From a virus (lineage: Duplodnaviria; Heunggongvirae; Uroviricota; Caudoviricetes), in the IMG/VR virus record IMGVR_UViG_3300042888_001115, positions 75,067 to 100,044 of that record: a stretch of DNA of 24,978 nt; one strand, 5' to 3'. Below the pieces are notes generated by a model. It did not search any database, was not told the DNA's origin, and saw only the letters and a list, made by a program, of their open reading frames with translations. Every line of letters starts with the position of its first letter. Positions within the stretch are counted from its first letter, which is position 1. A program made the translations under genes and the position numbers. Below, in pieces: positions 17,024-24,446 of the stretch.

Positions 17024-18427
17024 TTATTTTATTTTGAATAATTCGTATTTTTTTCTAGGTTTCCAATTCGTAAATGCACCATCCATTCCATTGATTAAAG
17101 TTTGACACATATTTTGTACACTTAATCCACCAACTCCTAGTGCAAAATCTCTACCTAATATTCCTTTTTCTTTTCTTTGTTCTCTACTCATATCATACCA
17201 ATGACGGATTGAATCTGCTACTTCAACATAATCAATATGGTCTTCAAATATATAAGGTGTAGGTACTGAACCTGTAAATGAACGAGATGTTGGCCAAACC
17301 GGTGTCACCCAATCTCCCCACTTTAATTTATCTTTCCATAATCTCCAATCATGTAGAGTACCCCACTTAACATAATCCGATGGTCTTGTATAATCCCAAT
17401 TGCCATGCACATCTTCATTTTGGAATACAAATCCACATTGGTCTTGTATACCACCCGTTACATTTACTATAATTGGTGTTCCTGCCATAATAGATTCTGC
17501 AGTTGCTAATCCAAATCCTTCGTTAGATGCTATATTAATTGTAACATCTGCAATATTATAAAGATAGTTTAATTCAGTTTCATTCCATCTACCTGTATCA
17601 AATACTACATTGATTTCAGGTGCACAATCTGCAATAACTCTAGGTAAATCTGTACCATTATCATCCACCGGTTGGGTATGCATTAACAATACGGTCTTTT
17701 TAGCTTGCTCAGGTGAAAGTGTTGCTACAAATTCTTTGAATGCGTATATAACTTCAATCGGTTGTTTTCGTCTGATATTTCTATTACTCCAATACAATAC
17801 GAAATCATATGTTTTATCCCCAAATATTTTCTTTTTGAAATCGGCAGGTACATCTGCTACTTTATAATCTTCCGGATTAATACCATGTGGTACATAACTC
17901 ACTTGCCAATTTTCAGGTTGTTTCCATCTATCTTTTGAGGTTAAACTCCAAACTCTATTTGTAATACCAAATGTTTGTTTTGAAATAGTACCTATCCAAT
18001 CACAACTTTCGTAGTAATCTCTATTGTACTTAGGGTCTGGTAAATCATCCCAAATGTGGTAAAAGAATATTGGTGTATGTTGTCTGATTTCATGTTCAAT
18101 ATCATATAACCATATCCAATATCTCGGGTCTGTAAAGTGTAGAATAGCATCAGGTTTTTCAATTTCTAATATTTGTCTTAACTTTTCTGCCGTTCCATAC
18201 CCTGTTGATGGATAAATTTTTAGATATGCATCTTCAATTCCGGTTCTACCACGAACATCATCACATAAATCTAAAATTTTACCTTCTTCTGGATGTGTTA
18301 CTGCTGCACCCAATTGAACCCAATCATAGTGTTGTAGTGAACCCATTACTAATTGTTTACTCATATTAGCAATACCACTACTCATTCTTAAATCATCTGC
18401 CAATAACAGGATTTTCTTTTTTGCCAT
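17024..18427 (-). CDS. Glycosyltransferase family 4 (GT-B)
   Basis: SSGIA; NRNIRRK; NEGFGLATAE (E-x7-E); GTPII. Confidence 0.9.
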   Translation of the reverse strand: MAKKKILLLADDLRMSSGIANMSKQLVMGSLQHYDWVQLGAAVTHPEEGKILDLCDDVRGRTGIEDAYLKIYPSTGYGTAEKLRQILEIEKPDAILHFTDPRYWIWLYDIEHEIRQHTPIFFYHIWDDLPDPKYNRDYYESCDWIGTISKQTFGITNRVWSLTSKDRWKQPENWQVSYVPHGINPEDYKVADVPADFKKKIFGDKTYDFVLYWSNRNIRRKQPIEVIYAFKEFVATLSPEQAKKTVLLMHTQPVDDNGTDLPRVIADCAPEINVVFDTGRWNETELNYLYNIADVTINIASNEGFGLATAESIMAGTPIIVNVTGGIQDQCGFVFQNEDVHGNWDYTRPSDYVKWGTLHDWRLWKDKLKWGDWVTPVWPTSRSFTGSVPTPYIFEDHIDYVEVADSIRHWYDMSREQRKEKGILGRDFALGVGGLSVQNMCQTLINGMDGAFTNWKPRKKYELFKIK

Positions 18428-18443
18428 AACTTATTTTATTTCA

Positions 18444-18641
18444 TTAAAATTGTGAACCACTTACTTGTAACTCTGAATGTTTTGTTAAATTGTCTCTATA
18501 TGAATTATCTGTCATATATAGGTTTAAACTTCTATTAACTAATTTTTGTAACGTAATCCCGTCAGTTATCGTATGAATCTTAAAGGATTTGTATAAATCA
18601 GTTAATATTTTTACAGATGTTAATTGTGTTTTGTCTGCCAT
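18444..18641 (-). CDS. Ribbon-helix-helix DNA-binding protein (probable regulator)
   Basis: Strand TSVKI, helix LYKSFK, turn, helix TLQKLVNRSLNLY. Confidence 0.6.
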   Translation of the reverse strand: MADKTQLTSVKILTDLYKSFKIHTITDGITLQKLVNRSLNLYMTDNSYRDNLTKHSELQVSGSQF

Positions 18642-18680
18642 AATATTTTCCTTTTGTTTTATATATGTATATATATATAA

Positions 18681-19553
18681 CTATTTAAATAAAGAACACA
18701 ATTTTCTCTCTTTAAATTCACACCATCTACAATTTTTATTTTTCTCACCGGGAACTGGCTCAAAATTTGCTTGTAAATTATAATTACCATCCTCTAAAAA
18801 TACTGAATCTACAAACTGCATAAAATCCTTATATCCTTTTAATGTAGTATTAGTTCCATGCGCAGGTACAAATGCTGACATATGTGGAATTGGAAATTCG
18901 TAATCTTTGTTTATCTTTCTTTTGATGATATGATATTCTACTTTAATTTTTTCAATATCTATCTTATACTGAATAGATAGGAAATATTTGTAAAGTAATA
19001 ATTGATTGATTTTGGTTTTATCCTTCTTCATATCTTTTGTCCAACCACCTCTACTTGTCTTAAAATCTATAATATAATATTCACCACTTTCTTTATGCTT
19101 CAAAAGTACATCGATGAATCCCATATAACTTACATTCTCTTTTACTTTTAAGTTAAGTGGTTTTTCTACTCCTACTAACTCCCATCCTTTCTTTGAGAAC
19201 AATCTATCACCATGTTTCCTAAACCAATTTAAAATCTCAATACCATCCCCATAGAACTCCTCTAATTCTTCTTTGGTACAAACTACTTCACCATCACTAA
19301 ACTTCTCTTGTTCCTTCTTAAAATTAGATTTAAGAGATTCTAATAACATTAGGTTTAGGTCTAATTGATTTGCTTGTTTTTTACTTACACCATAGAAAAC
19401 CGTAAGGTAATGTTGTAAAACCTCGTGCATGGCCGTCCCAAATACCATATTGATATTTGATTTAGACTCACTTAGTTTATCTATGTATGCTAATTTGTAT
19501 TGTTGTGGACAATTTGCCCACATTGTGTATTGTGAATAACTTACTCTTGCCAT
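18681..19553 (-). CDS. PD-(D/E)XK nuclease, RecB/AddB/Cas4-like, with four-Cys (Fe-S staple-like) motif
   Basis: SYSQ...CP; GTAMH; GFIDV...IIDFKTS; QLLLY; C-terminal CRWC...LC. Confidence 0.9.
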   Translation of the reverse strand: MARVSYSQYTMWANCPQQYKLAYIDKLSESKSNINMVFGTAMHEVLQHYLTVFYGVSKKQANQLDLNLMLLESLKSNFKKEQEKFSDGEVVCTKEELEEFYGDGIEILNWFRKHGDRLFSKKGWELVGVEKPLNLKVKENVSYMGFIDVLLKHKESGEYYIIDFKTSRGGWTKDMKKDKTKINQLLLYKYFLSIQYKIDIEKIKVEYHIIKRKINKDYEFPIPHMSAFVPAHGTNTTLKGYKDFMQFVDSVFLEDGNYNLQANFEPVPGEKNKNCRWCEFKERKLCSLFK

Positions 19554-19558
19554 ATACT

Positions 19559-19590
19559 CTAATATACGACTATTTACTTAATAAACCAAA
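19559..19590 (-). promoter_or_regulatory. Bacteroidota sigma70-type promoter (TTTG-N20-TATATTAG), near-leaderless transcript
   Basis: + strand ctaatata at 19559-19566 and caaa at 19587-19590; ATG 5 nt downstream. Confidence 0.6.
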
Positions 19591-19625
19591 AAATTAATAG
19601 AATATCAATTACATATTATAAAAAA

Positions 19626-21227
19626 TTATAATACCATTCTAGAGCCTATCTGAAAATTACTCAAAAATGCGGAATATGCTTTAGTATTACCACTCATTTT
19701 ATAGTTAAACGCAAATCCAAATCTCTTACTAATTTTATAATCAAATGCGGCGCCTAATAAAAATCCCATATGTCTATTTACCGTTGTTTCACCACTTACA
19801 CTATTATAACTAATTGGTGAGAACATTGTAAATACTTGTGGTGATATAGTGAGTTTTTTTGAATACTGATAAGGTTTAGTCCAAAATACAATTGCCGATG
19901 TTGCCATATTGTATTCAAACCCACCCGTCTCATCGTTTTTAAGGAATAGATTGATTACACCCACATTATAACCATATGTTCCTTTTTTTGGTGTTGGTTT
20001 AATATAGGTATATCCTAATAAGTTCATATAGTTTCCGGCTAAATATGCAAATGCCGTTCCGTATGAGTGTATTGCATCTAATTGTCCATCTTTGGTTAAT
20101 CCCATTTTTGTTATACCACCGGTCATTACAATAGAACTCAAATTACTATTTATCATCAATCCTGCACTATAACTTATATCACCTGCTAAAGATGATTTAC
20201 TAAGTCCCATTGATATAGCTGCTAAATACTGACCTGCACTTGCTTCTGCAACAGTTACATCTGATGCTAATAATGTTGGGTTTGTTACTTCTTGTTTTTT
20301 CTTTTTCTCTTCCTCTTTTTTCTTTTCTTCTTCTTTCTTTTTCTCTTCCTCTTTTTTGGTTTCTTCTTTCTTTTCTTCCTCTTTTTTAGCTTCTTCTTTT
20401 TTCTCCTCAGTCTTTTTTTCTTCTGATTTCTTTTCTTCGGTTTTAGCTTCTTCTTTCTTTTCTTCGGTTTTAGTTTCCGTTTTCTTTTCTTCCGCTTTTT
20501 GTTCAGCAGGTTTTGCTTCTGCGGGTTTTGCTTCTGCGGGTTTTGCTTCCGTTGATGATGAACTACCACCCGATGAACTACTACCACTTGCTGGTGGTGG
20601 AGATGATGAACCACCACTTGCTGGCGGTGGTGTATTGGTAGGAGGTGGTGCTGATGCCGGTGGCGGCGGTGGAACATTTACGGGTGGCGGTGGTGGCGGT
20701 GCTATGTTTATTGGTGGTGGTGTTGCTGCATTTGCTGCCGCTGAACTCGCTGCTCCACTTGCGGCGGATGATGCGGCACCACTGGCCGCTCCACTCGCTG
20801 CATTTGCTGCGGCTTTTGCTGCGGCATCTGCGGCTGCTTTTGCGGCTGCATCTGCGGCTGCTTTTGCTGCGGCATCTGCGGCTGCTTTTGCGGCGGCATC
20901 TGCTGCGGCTCTCGCTGCGGCATCTGCGGCTGCTCTTGCGGCGGCTTCTTGTGCTAATCTTATGTTATCGTTTACCGGACAAGGTGTTGCAAATACACTA
21001 TTTACCCATTGTTGAAATGAACCATTATTCATATCTGCTAATGTTACAATTTTAGATTTACCTCTAATAATTGCAACGGTTTGATTTTGTCCGAATGGAA
21101 TTACGACAACATATACTTTGTTATCACATGGGTCAATGTAAGTTTGGGTAATAGTTTGCCCTTCTGCTTTAAATGCAGTTAAGGTAGTAACAATTAATAA
21201 TAAAATAATTACTAACCATTTCTTCAT
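19626..21227 (-). CDS. Exported protein: small N-domain, Ala/Pro/Ser/KE low-complexity stalk, C-terminal probable beta-barrel
   Basis: Signal peptide; aa ~95-311 low complexity; C-terminal ~215 aa of amphipathic strands ending SNFQIGSRMVL. Confidence 0.85.
   Translation of the reverse strand: MKKWLVIILLLIVTTLTAFKAEGQTITQTYIDPCDNKVYVVVIPFGQNQTVAIIRGKSKIVTLADMNNGSFQQWVNSVFATPCPVNDNIRLAQEAAARAAADAAARAAADAAAKAAADAAAKAAADAAAKAAADAAAKAAANAASGAASGAASSAASGAASSAAANAATPPPINIAPPPPPPVNVPPPPPASAPPPTNTPPPASGGSSSPPPASGSSSSGGSSSSTEAKPAEAKPAEAKPAEQKAEEKKTETKTEEKKEEAKTEEKKSEEKKTEEKKEEAKKEEEKKEETKKEEEKKKEEEKKKEEEKKKKQEVTNPTLLASDVTVAEASAGQYLAAISMGLSKSSLAGDISYSAGLMINSNLSSIVMTGGITKMGLTKDGQLDAIHSYGTAFAYLAGNYMNLLGYTYIKPTPKKGTYGYNVGVINLFLKNDETGGFEYNMATSAIVFWTKPYQYSKKLTISPQVFTMFSPISYNSVSGETTVNRHMGFLLGAAFDYKISKRFGFAFNYKMSGNTKAYSAFLSNFQIGSRMVL
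20295..20945 (-). repeat. Coding low-complexity repeat region: 5 x 24-nt (AAADAAA[R/K], 20814-20933), AASG/AASS repeats, poly-Pro, 3 x EAKP(A), KE-rich tract
   Basis: Visible tandem gcggcatctgcggctgcttttgct-type units; local GC far above the window average. Confidence 0.9.
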
Positions 21228-22081
21228 TACTTATTGTTCAGTCCGATTGAAATTTGAGAATACCCTCTGATTGGGTCTGTGTCTATTTTTAATGTAACAA
21301 ATTTGAAATCTCTTATTATACCAATTTTAAATGTAGTAAAGTTTGCATTTGATTTTGGAAATGAGATACCACCTAAGTCATCTTTACCTTGCCATCTGAT
21401 AATTTCATGTCCAAATCCTATCATACCATGTATTCCTAATTTACCAATTCTTTTACCACCACCAACATAGAAAGTTGACTCTTTTTTCCAATCTTCTTTA
21501 CTAAGTGGAAAGTCAACATTGTTAATTTGACCATATGGATAATAGCTGTTTTGGTCTATTGCATAAGTCATTACATAATCCACAATAAAATATCCTTTAT
21601 TACCACCAATCAACCCCCAAAATGCAGTTTGTTTATTGTTAGTGTGTCCTATACCTGCTGAAAATAATACAGGTGTTGAAGCAATCGTATCTCTCCTACC
21701 ATTTTCATATATTCTAACTACACTTCTTTGTCTCCACCCAAAATCATCATACCAAATATAAGGATATGGTTGGTAATATCCATATATTCCATATTGTAAA
21801 CCATACGGATTGTATGTTGTAGGTCTATATCTTCTTACTAATGGTTGTCCTTCAAAATTATCACCTGGTCTAATTGGTGCAGTTTGTGTTCTCCAACTAC
21901 TCACATTATTTTGTTGTGGTATGGATGGTTGAACTCTTGTTTGAGTTGATTGTGATGTTTGTGATGATGCTGGAACACTTCCACCAGTTTGTCTCCAAGT
22001 TGATACTTGTGCATTTAACATAATTGCACATATTAAGACTAACAATATTGTTAATCCACCAATCAATACTAGTTTTTTCAT
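21227..22081 (-). CDS. Exported protein: Q/S/T-rich and Y/G/P-rich N-region plus small probable outer-membrane beta-barrel
   Basis: Signal peptide ending LNA-Q; STWR/SSWR repeat; Gly/aromatic alternating strands ending SQISIGLNNK. Confidence 0.75.
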   Translation of the reverse strand: MKKLVLIGGLTILLVLICAIMLNAQVSTWRQTGGSVPASSQTSQSTQTRVQPSIPQQNNVSSWRTQTAPIRPGDNFEGQPLVRRYRPTTYNPYGLQYGIYGYYQPYPYIWYDDFGWRQRSVVRIYENGRRDTIASTPVLFSAGIGHTNNKQTAFWGLIGGNKGYFIVDYVMTYAIDQNSYYPYGQINNVDFPLSKEDWKKESTFYVGGGKRIGKLGIHGMIGFGHEIIRWQGKDDLGGISFPKSNANFTTFKIGIIRDFKFVTLKIDTDPIRGYSQISIGLNNK

Positions 22082-22314
22082 ATTATCTCCTTTTTACATA
22101 TTCTATCCAATTCCTCTGGTCTTAATGCGAATGTTTGTTCTTGATTTCCATTTTCTGAAATCATGTTAACTATCCATAATCCCAAACGTTTTTCTTCAAT
22201 CTCTATTTTTTGCCCTTGTATAAATCCCATATCCATTAATCGTAATCTTAAACATGGTGTACATTTTTCACAGGGGTCATTTGCAGGTACATCTATGACA
22301 TCGTAGGTTTTCAC
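22078..22314 (-). CDS. feoA: FeoA-like SH3-fold protein with added CxxCxxC
   Basis: GTG start; RLRLMDMGFIQGQKI...FALRPEE matches the FeoA RL..MG...G ... ALR.EE pattern. Confidence 0.7.
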   Translation of the reverse strand: MKTYDVIDVPANDPCEKCTPCLRLRLMDMGFIQGQKIEIEEKRLGLWIVNMISENGNQEQTFALRPEELDRICKKEII

Positions 22315-22421
22315 TACTTCAATTTTTGTAAGATAGCTAAGTTCTTTTTTATTTGTTCTGCTGTTTTAACTCCAGAACGTTTACTTCGCATTGCTCTTTT
22401 TTTCTTTGGTGCTGTTCCCAT
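22314..22421 (-). CDS. Small basic peptide, 35 aa (not in the ORF track)
   Basis: Hand translation MGTAPKKKRAMRSKRSGVKTAEQIKKNLAILQKLK; its TAG overlaps the FeoA GTG (TAGTG). Confidence 0.65.
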   Translation of the reverse strand: MGTAPKKKRAMRSKRSGVKTAEQIKKNLAILQKLK

Positions 22422-22432
22422 TTGTATAAATT

Positions 22433-23152
22433 TTATTTTGTGTAAATACCTTTTTTAATCATTCTACCCAATATTCTTGCACACGCAATATCCAATGCCT
22501 TTTTAGTTGCTATTGAAATTGTTGATTGATTGAATTTAACTTCATCAATCGTTGCATCTGAAAGAAAAGTTAATTCTCTTTTAGTTGTTGCTTCTCCTAA
22601 TCCACTTGCTGCAAATATCTCACCTGTTTCTGCATCGGTAAAACGAACTTGTAAACCAATACGAGTAACCACCATATTTTTAACACCATTACTTAAATTT
22701 ACTGTCTCATCTTCTGATACTGAATAATCATAACATTCTATCTCTACGAAATAATGTGCTAATCTAATTTTACCCCTACCATCGAGCTTATCTTGCGATA
22801 TACCGCTCTGCGATGCTTGAAACTGCTTAACCATGCGATTTTTAATTTCAGTTTTATCTTCTGTAAATGTAAATCTATTAAGATTACTAAGATACTCCAA
22901 TGTAATATTAGCCACACCGAGACCGACACGTTTTTCTTTAAGTTCCGGATATTGTTCGTACATTTCTTCACTTATACCACATTTTAAAATTTGAATTGGA
23001 ATGGTAGGCCCGTCATAATCCATATATTGGCTTATGTCCACTTTGGTTTCAAAACTTGCTTTGTATTGTTCTGTTTTAGTTGAACCTATATTCTGACTAC
23101 TTGCAACAAGACTTACCAAACAAAAACTTAATAAAACGAATAAACTTTTCAT
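22433..23152 (-). CDS. csgG: CsgG/HfaB-family protein (curli-secretion-channel-like)
   Basis: Signal peptide without lipobox Cys; GLGVANI...NRFTFTE; YDYSV; IGLQVRFTDAETGEI...GLGEA. Confidence 0.75.
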   Translation of the reverse strand: MKSLFVLLSFCLVSLVASSQNIGSTKTEQYKASFETKVDISQYMDYDGPTIPIQILKCGISEEMYEQYPELKEKRVGLGVANITLEYLSNLNRFTFTEDKTEIKNRMVKQFQASQSGISQDKLDGRGKIRLAHYFVEIECYDYSVSEDETVNLSNGVKNMVVTRIGLQVRFTDAETGEIFAASGLGEATTKRELTFLSDATIDEVKFNQSTISIATKKALDIACARILGRMIKKGIYTK

Positions 23153-23168
23153 ACATTCTTACTTTTTA

Positions 23169-23177
23169 TATAAATAT
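23169..23177 (-). promoter_or_regulatory. Candidate phage-specific promoter motif ATATTTATA
   Basis: Intergenic, 16 nt upstream of the CsgG-like ATG, downstream of a terminator. Confidence 0.5.
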
Positions 23178-23197
23178 AGAATTTTATCATTATAAAT

Positions 23198-23226
23198 AAA
23201 AAACCCCCACCGATTAAGTGGGGGTT
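23198..23226 (-). terminator. Rho-independent terminator after the TBDR-lipoprotein pair
   Basis: Perfect 9-bp inverted repeat aacccccac / gtgggggtt, 7-nt loop, U-tract on the minus strand. Confidence 0.9.
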
Positions 23227-23243
23227 ATCATATTATTTTGTTA

Positions 23244-24446
23244 TTAATTACCTTTTGTTGGAAATCTAGTCCAACCACTAATCCATATTGGTTTGGATAA
23301 TATTTCCATTTCAGCTTTTGTATAAGATACTTGTTTGTTACCTTCTGATAAAGCTTTTGCCTTCATATCAGCTGCAGTAAATACAATTGATGTTGATTTG
23401 AAATTTAATAATGGGTCATACGCCTGAACCTCATTGTTTTGGAATTTACTTACACCATCTTTATATGCTTGTGCAGTTTCATTACTTTCCATTGAGAATC
23501 CCCCTTTTTGATATCCAACAATCTTTGAGTTAGTAATTGTGAATTGAGTTGCTCTCCTCCATCTTAAACCTAAATTATGGTTTGCTAATGAAGCCACATC
23601 AAATGGTCCAACTAAAATCATATTATCTAATTTAGGATGTGTAAATGGTTGTGCAGATGTACCTGTTCCATCATTATCACATTCTACACCATTTCCAGCA
23701 TCACCAGCATCTACGAATTGTGGGTCTCTCTTTGAAACTGAATACGATACTGAACCTCTATATCCAAAATCAAAATCGTAATCATCATCCGCAGTTGCAT
23801 AAGCGTATAAGTTTTTTGCATTTACAGTTCCACCAAAAAATTCAAATGCATCATCGTTAGCGTAAATAGTTTGAACATTCTCAATGATTGTCCCACTACC
23901 AACTCCACCTAATGTTAGTGCGTTGATTTCAGAGTTTGGCATTGCTGCGATACCAGCGTATTCAATTCTTACATATTTTAGAACACCACTATTATCCAAA
24001 TCGTTAGTACCACCATAAGGTCTACCAATACCACCTTCAATAGTTGGTTCGGAAGTTCTATTAGTAGTTGCTCTACCTAACAATACAACACCACCCCAAT
24101 CACCAGGTGTTCTTTCACCAACTGCTTTACCTGATGTAAATACAATTGGTTTTGTAGAAGTTCCCTCTGCAATTAGTTGTGCACCTCTTTCAATAATTAG
24201 TGCACCTTTCTCTGCAATATCAGAAACAATTGTTGTACCCGGTTGGATAATAAGTTTAGCACCATCGGTTACATAAACATATCCTTTTAATGTCCATGTC
24301 TTGTCCGATGTTAAAGTTGTTGTTGTGTTAATGTTTCCACTTAATGTTGTTGTAGTTGGAACATTGATAGGCGTTACATCGCCACCTAATTCTTTTTTGC
24401 AGCTGAATAATCCTAATACCAAAATAAGCCCTAATAATTTTTTCAT
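23244..24446 (-). CDS. Bacteroidota-type lipoprotein with parallel beta-helix (pectin-lyase-like) fold, TBDR-associated family
   Basis: Lipobox LFS-C-KKE; GDWGG, DNSGVLKYVRIEYAG, EINALTLGGVGSGT, DDAFEFFGGTVN, DDDYDFDFGY. Confidence 0.85.
   Translation of the reverse strand: MKKLLGLILVLGLFSCKKELGGDVTPINVPTTTTLSGNINTTTTLTSDKTWTLKGYVYVTDGAKLIIQPGTTIVSDIAEKGALIIERGAQLIAEGTSTKPIVFTSGKAVGERTPGDWGGVVLLGRATTNRTSEPTIEGGIGRPYGGTNDLDNSGVLKYVRIEYAGIAAMPNSEINALTLGGVGSGTIIENVQTIYANDDAFEFFGGTVNAKNLYAYATADDDYDFDFGYRGSVSYSVSKRDPQFVDAGDAGNGVECDNDGTGTSAQPFTHPKLDNMILVGPFDVASLANHNLGLRWRRATQFTITNSKIVGYQKGGFSMESNETAQAYKDGVSKFQNNEVQAYDPLLNFKSTSIVFTAADMKAKALSEGNKQVSYTKAEMEILSKPIWISGWTRFPTKGN

Noticed and set aside
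20285-21055. Long overlapping ORFs at 20356-21015 (+), 20645-21055 (+), 20285-20677 (-) and 20708-20923 (-)
   Set aside because: Shadow frames produced by the low-complexity repeat in the 533-aa gene, which lacks stop codons in other frames; no start context or domain signal
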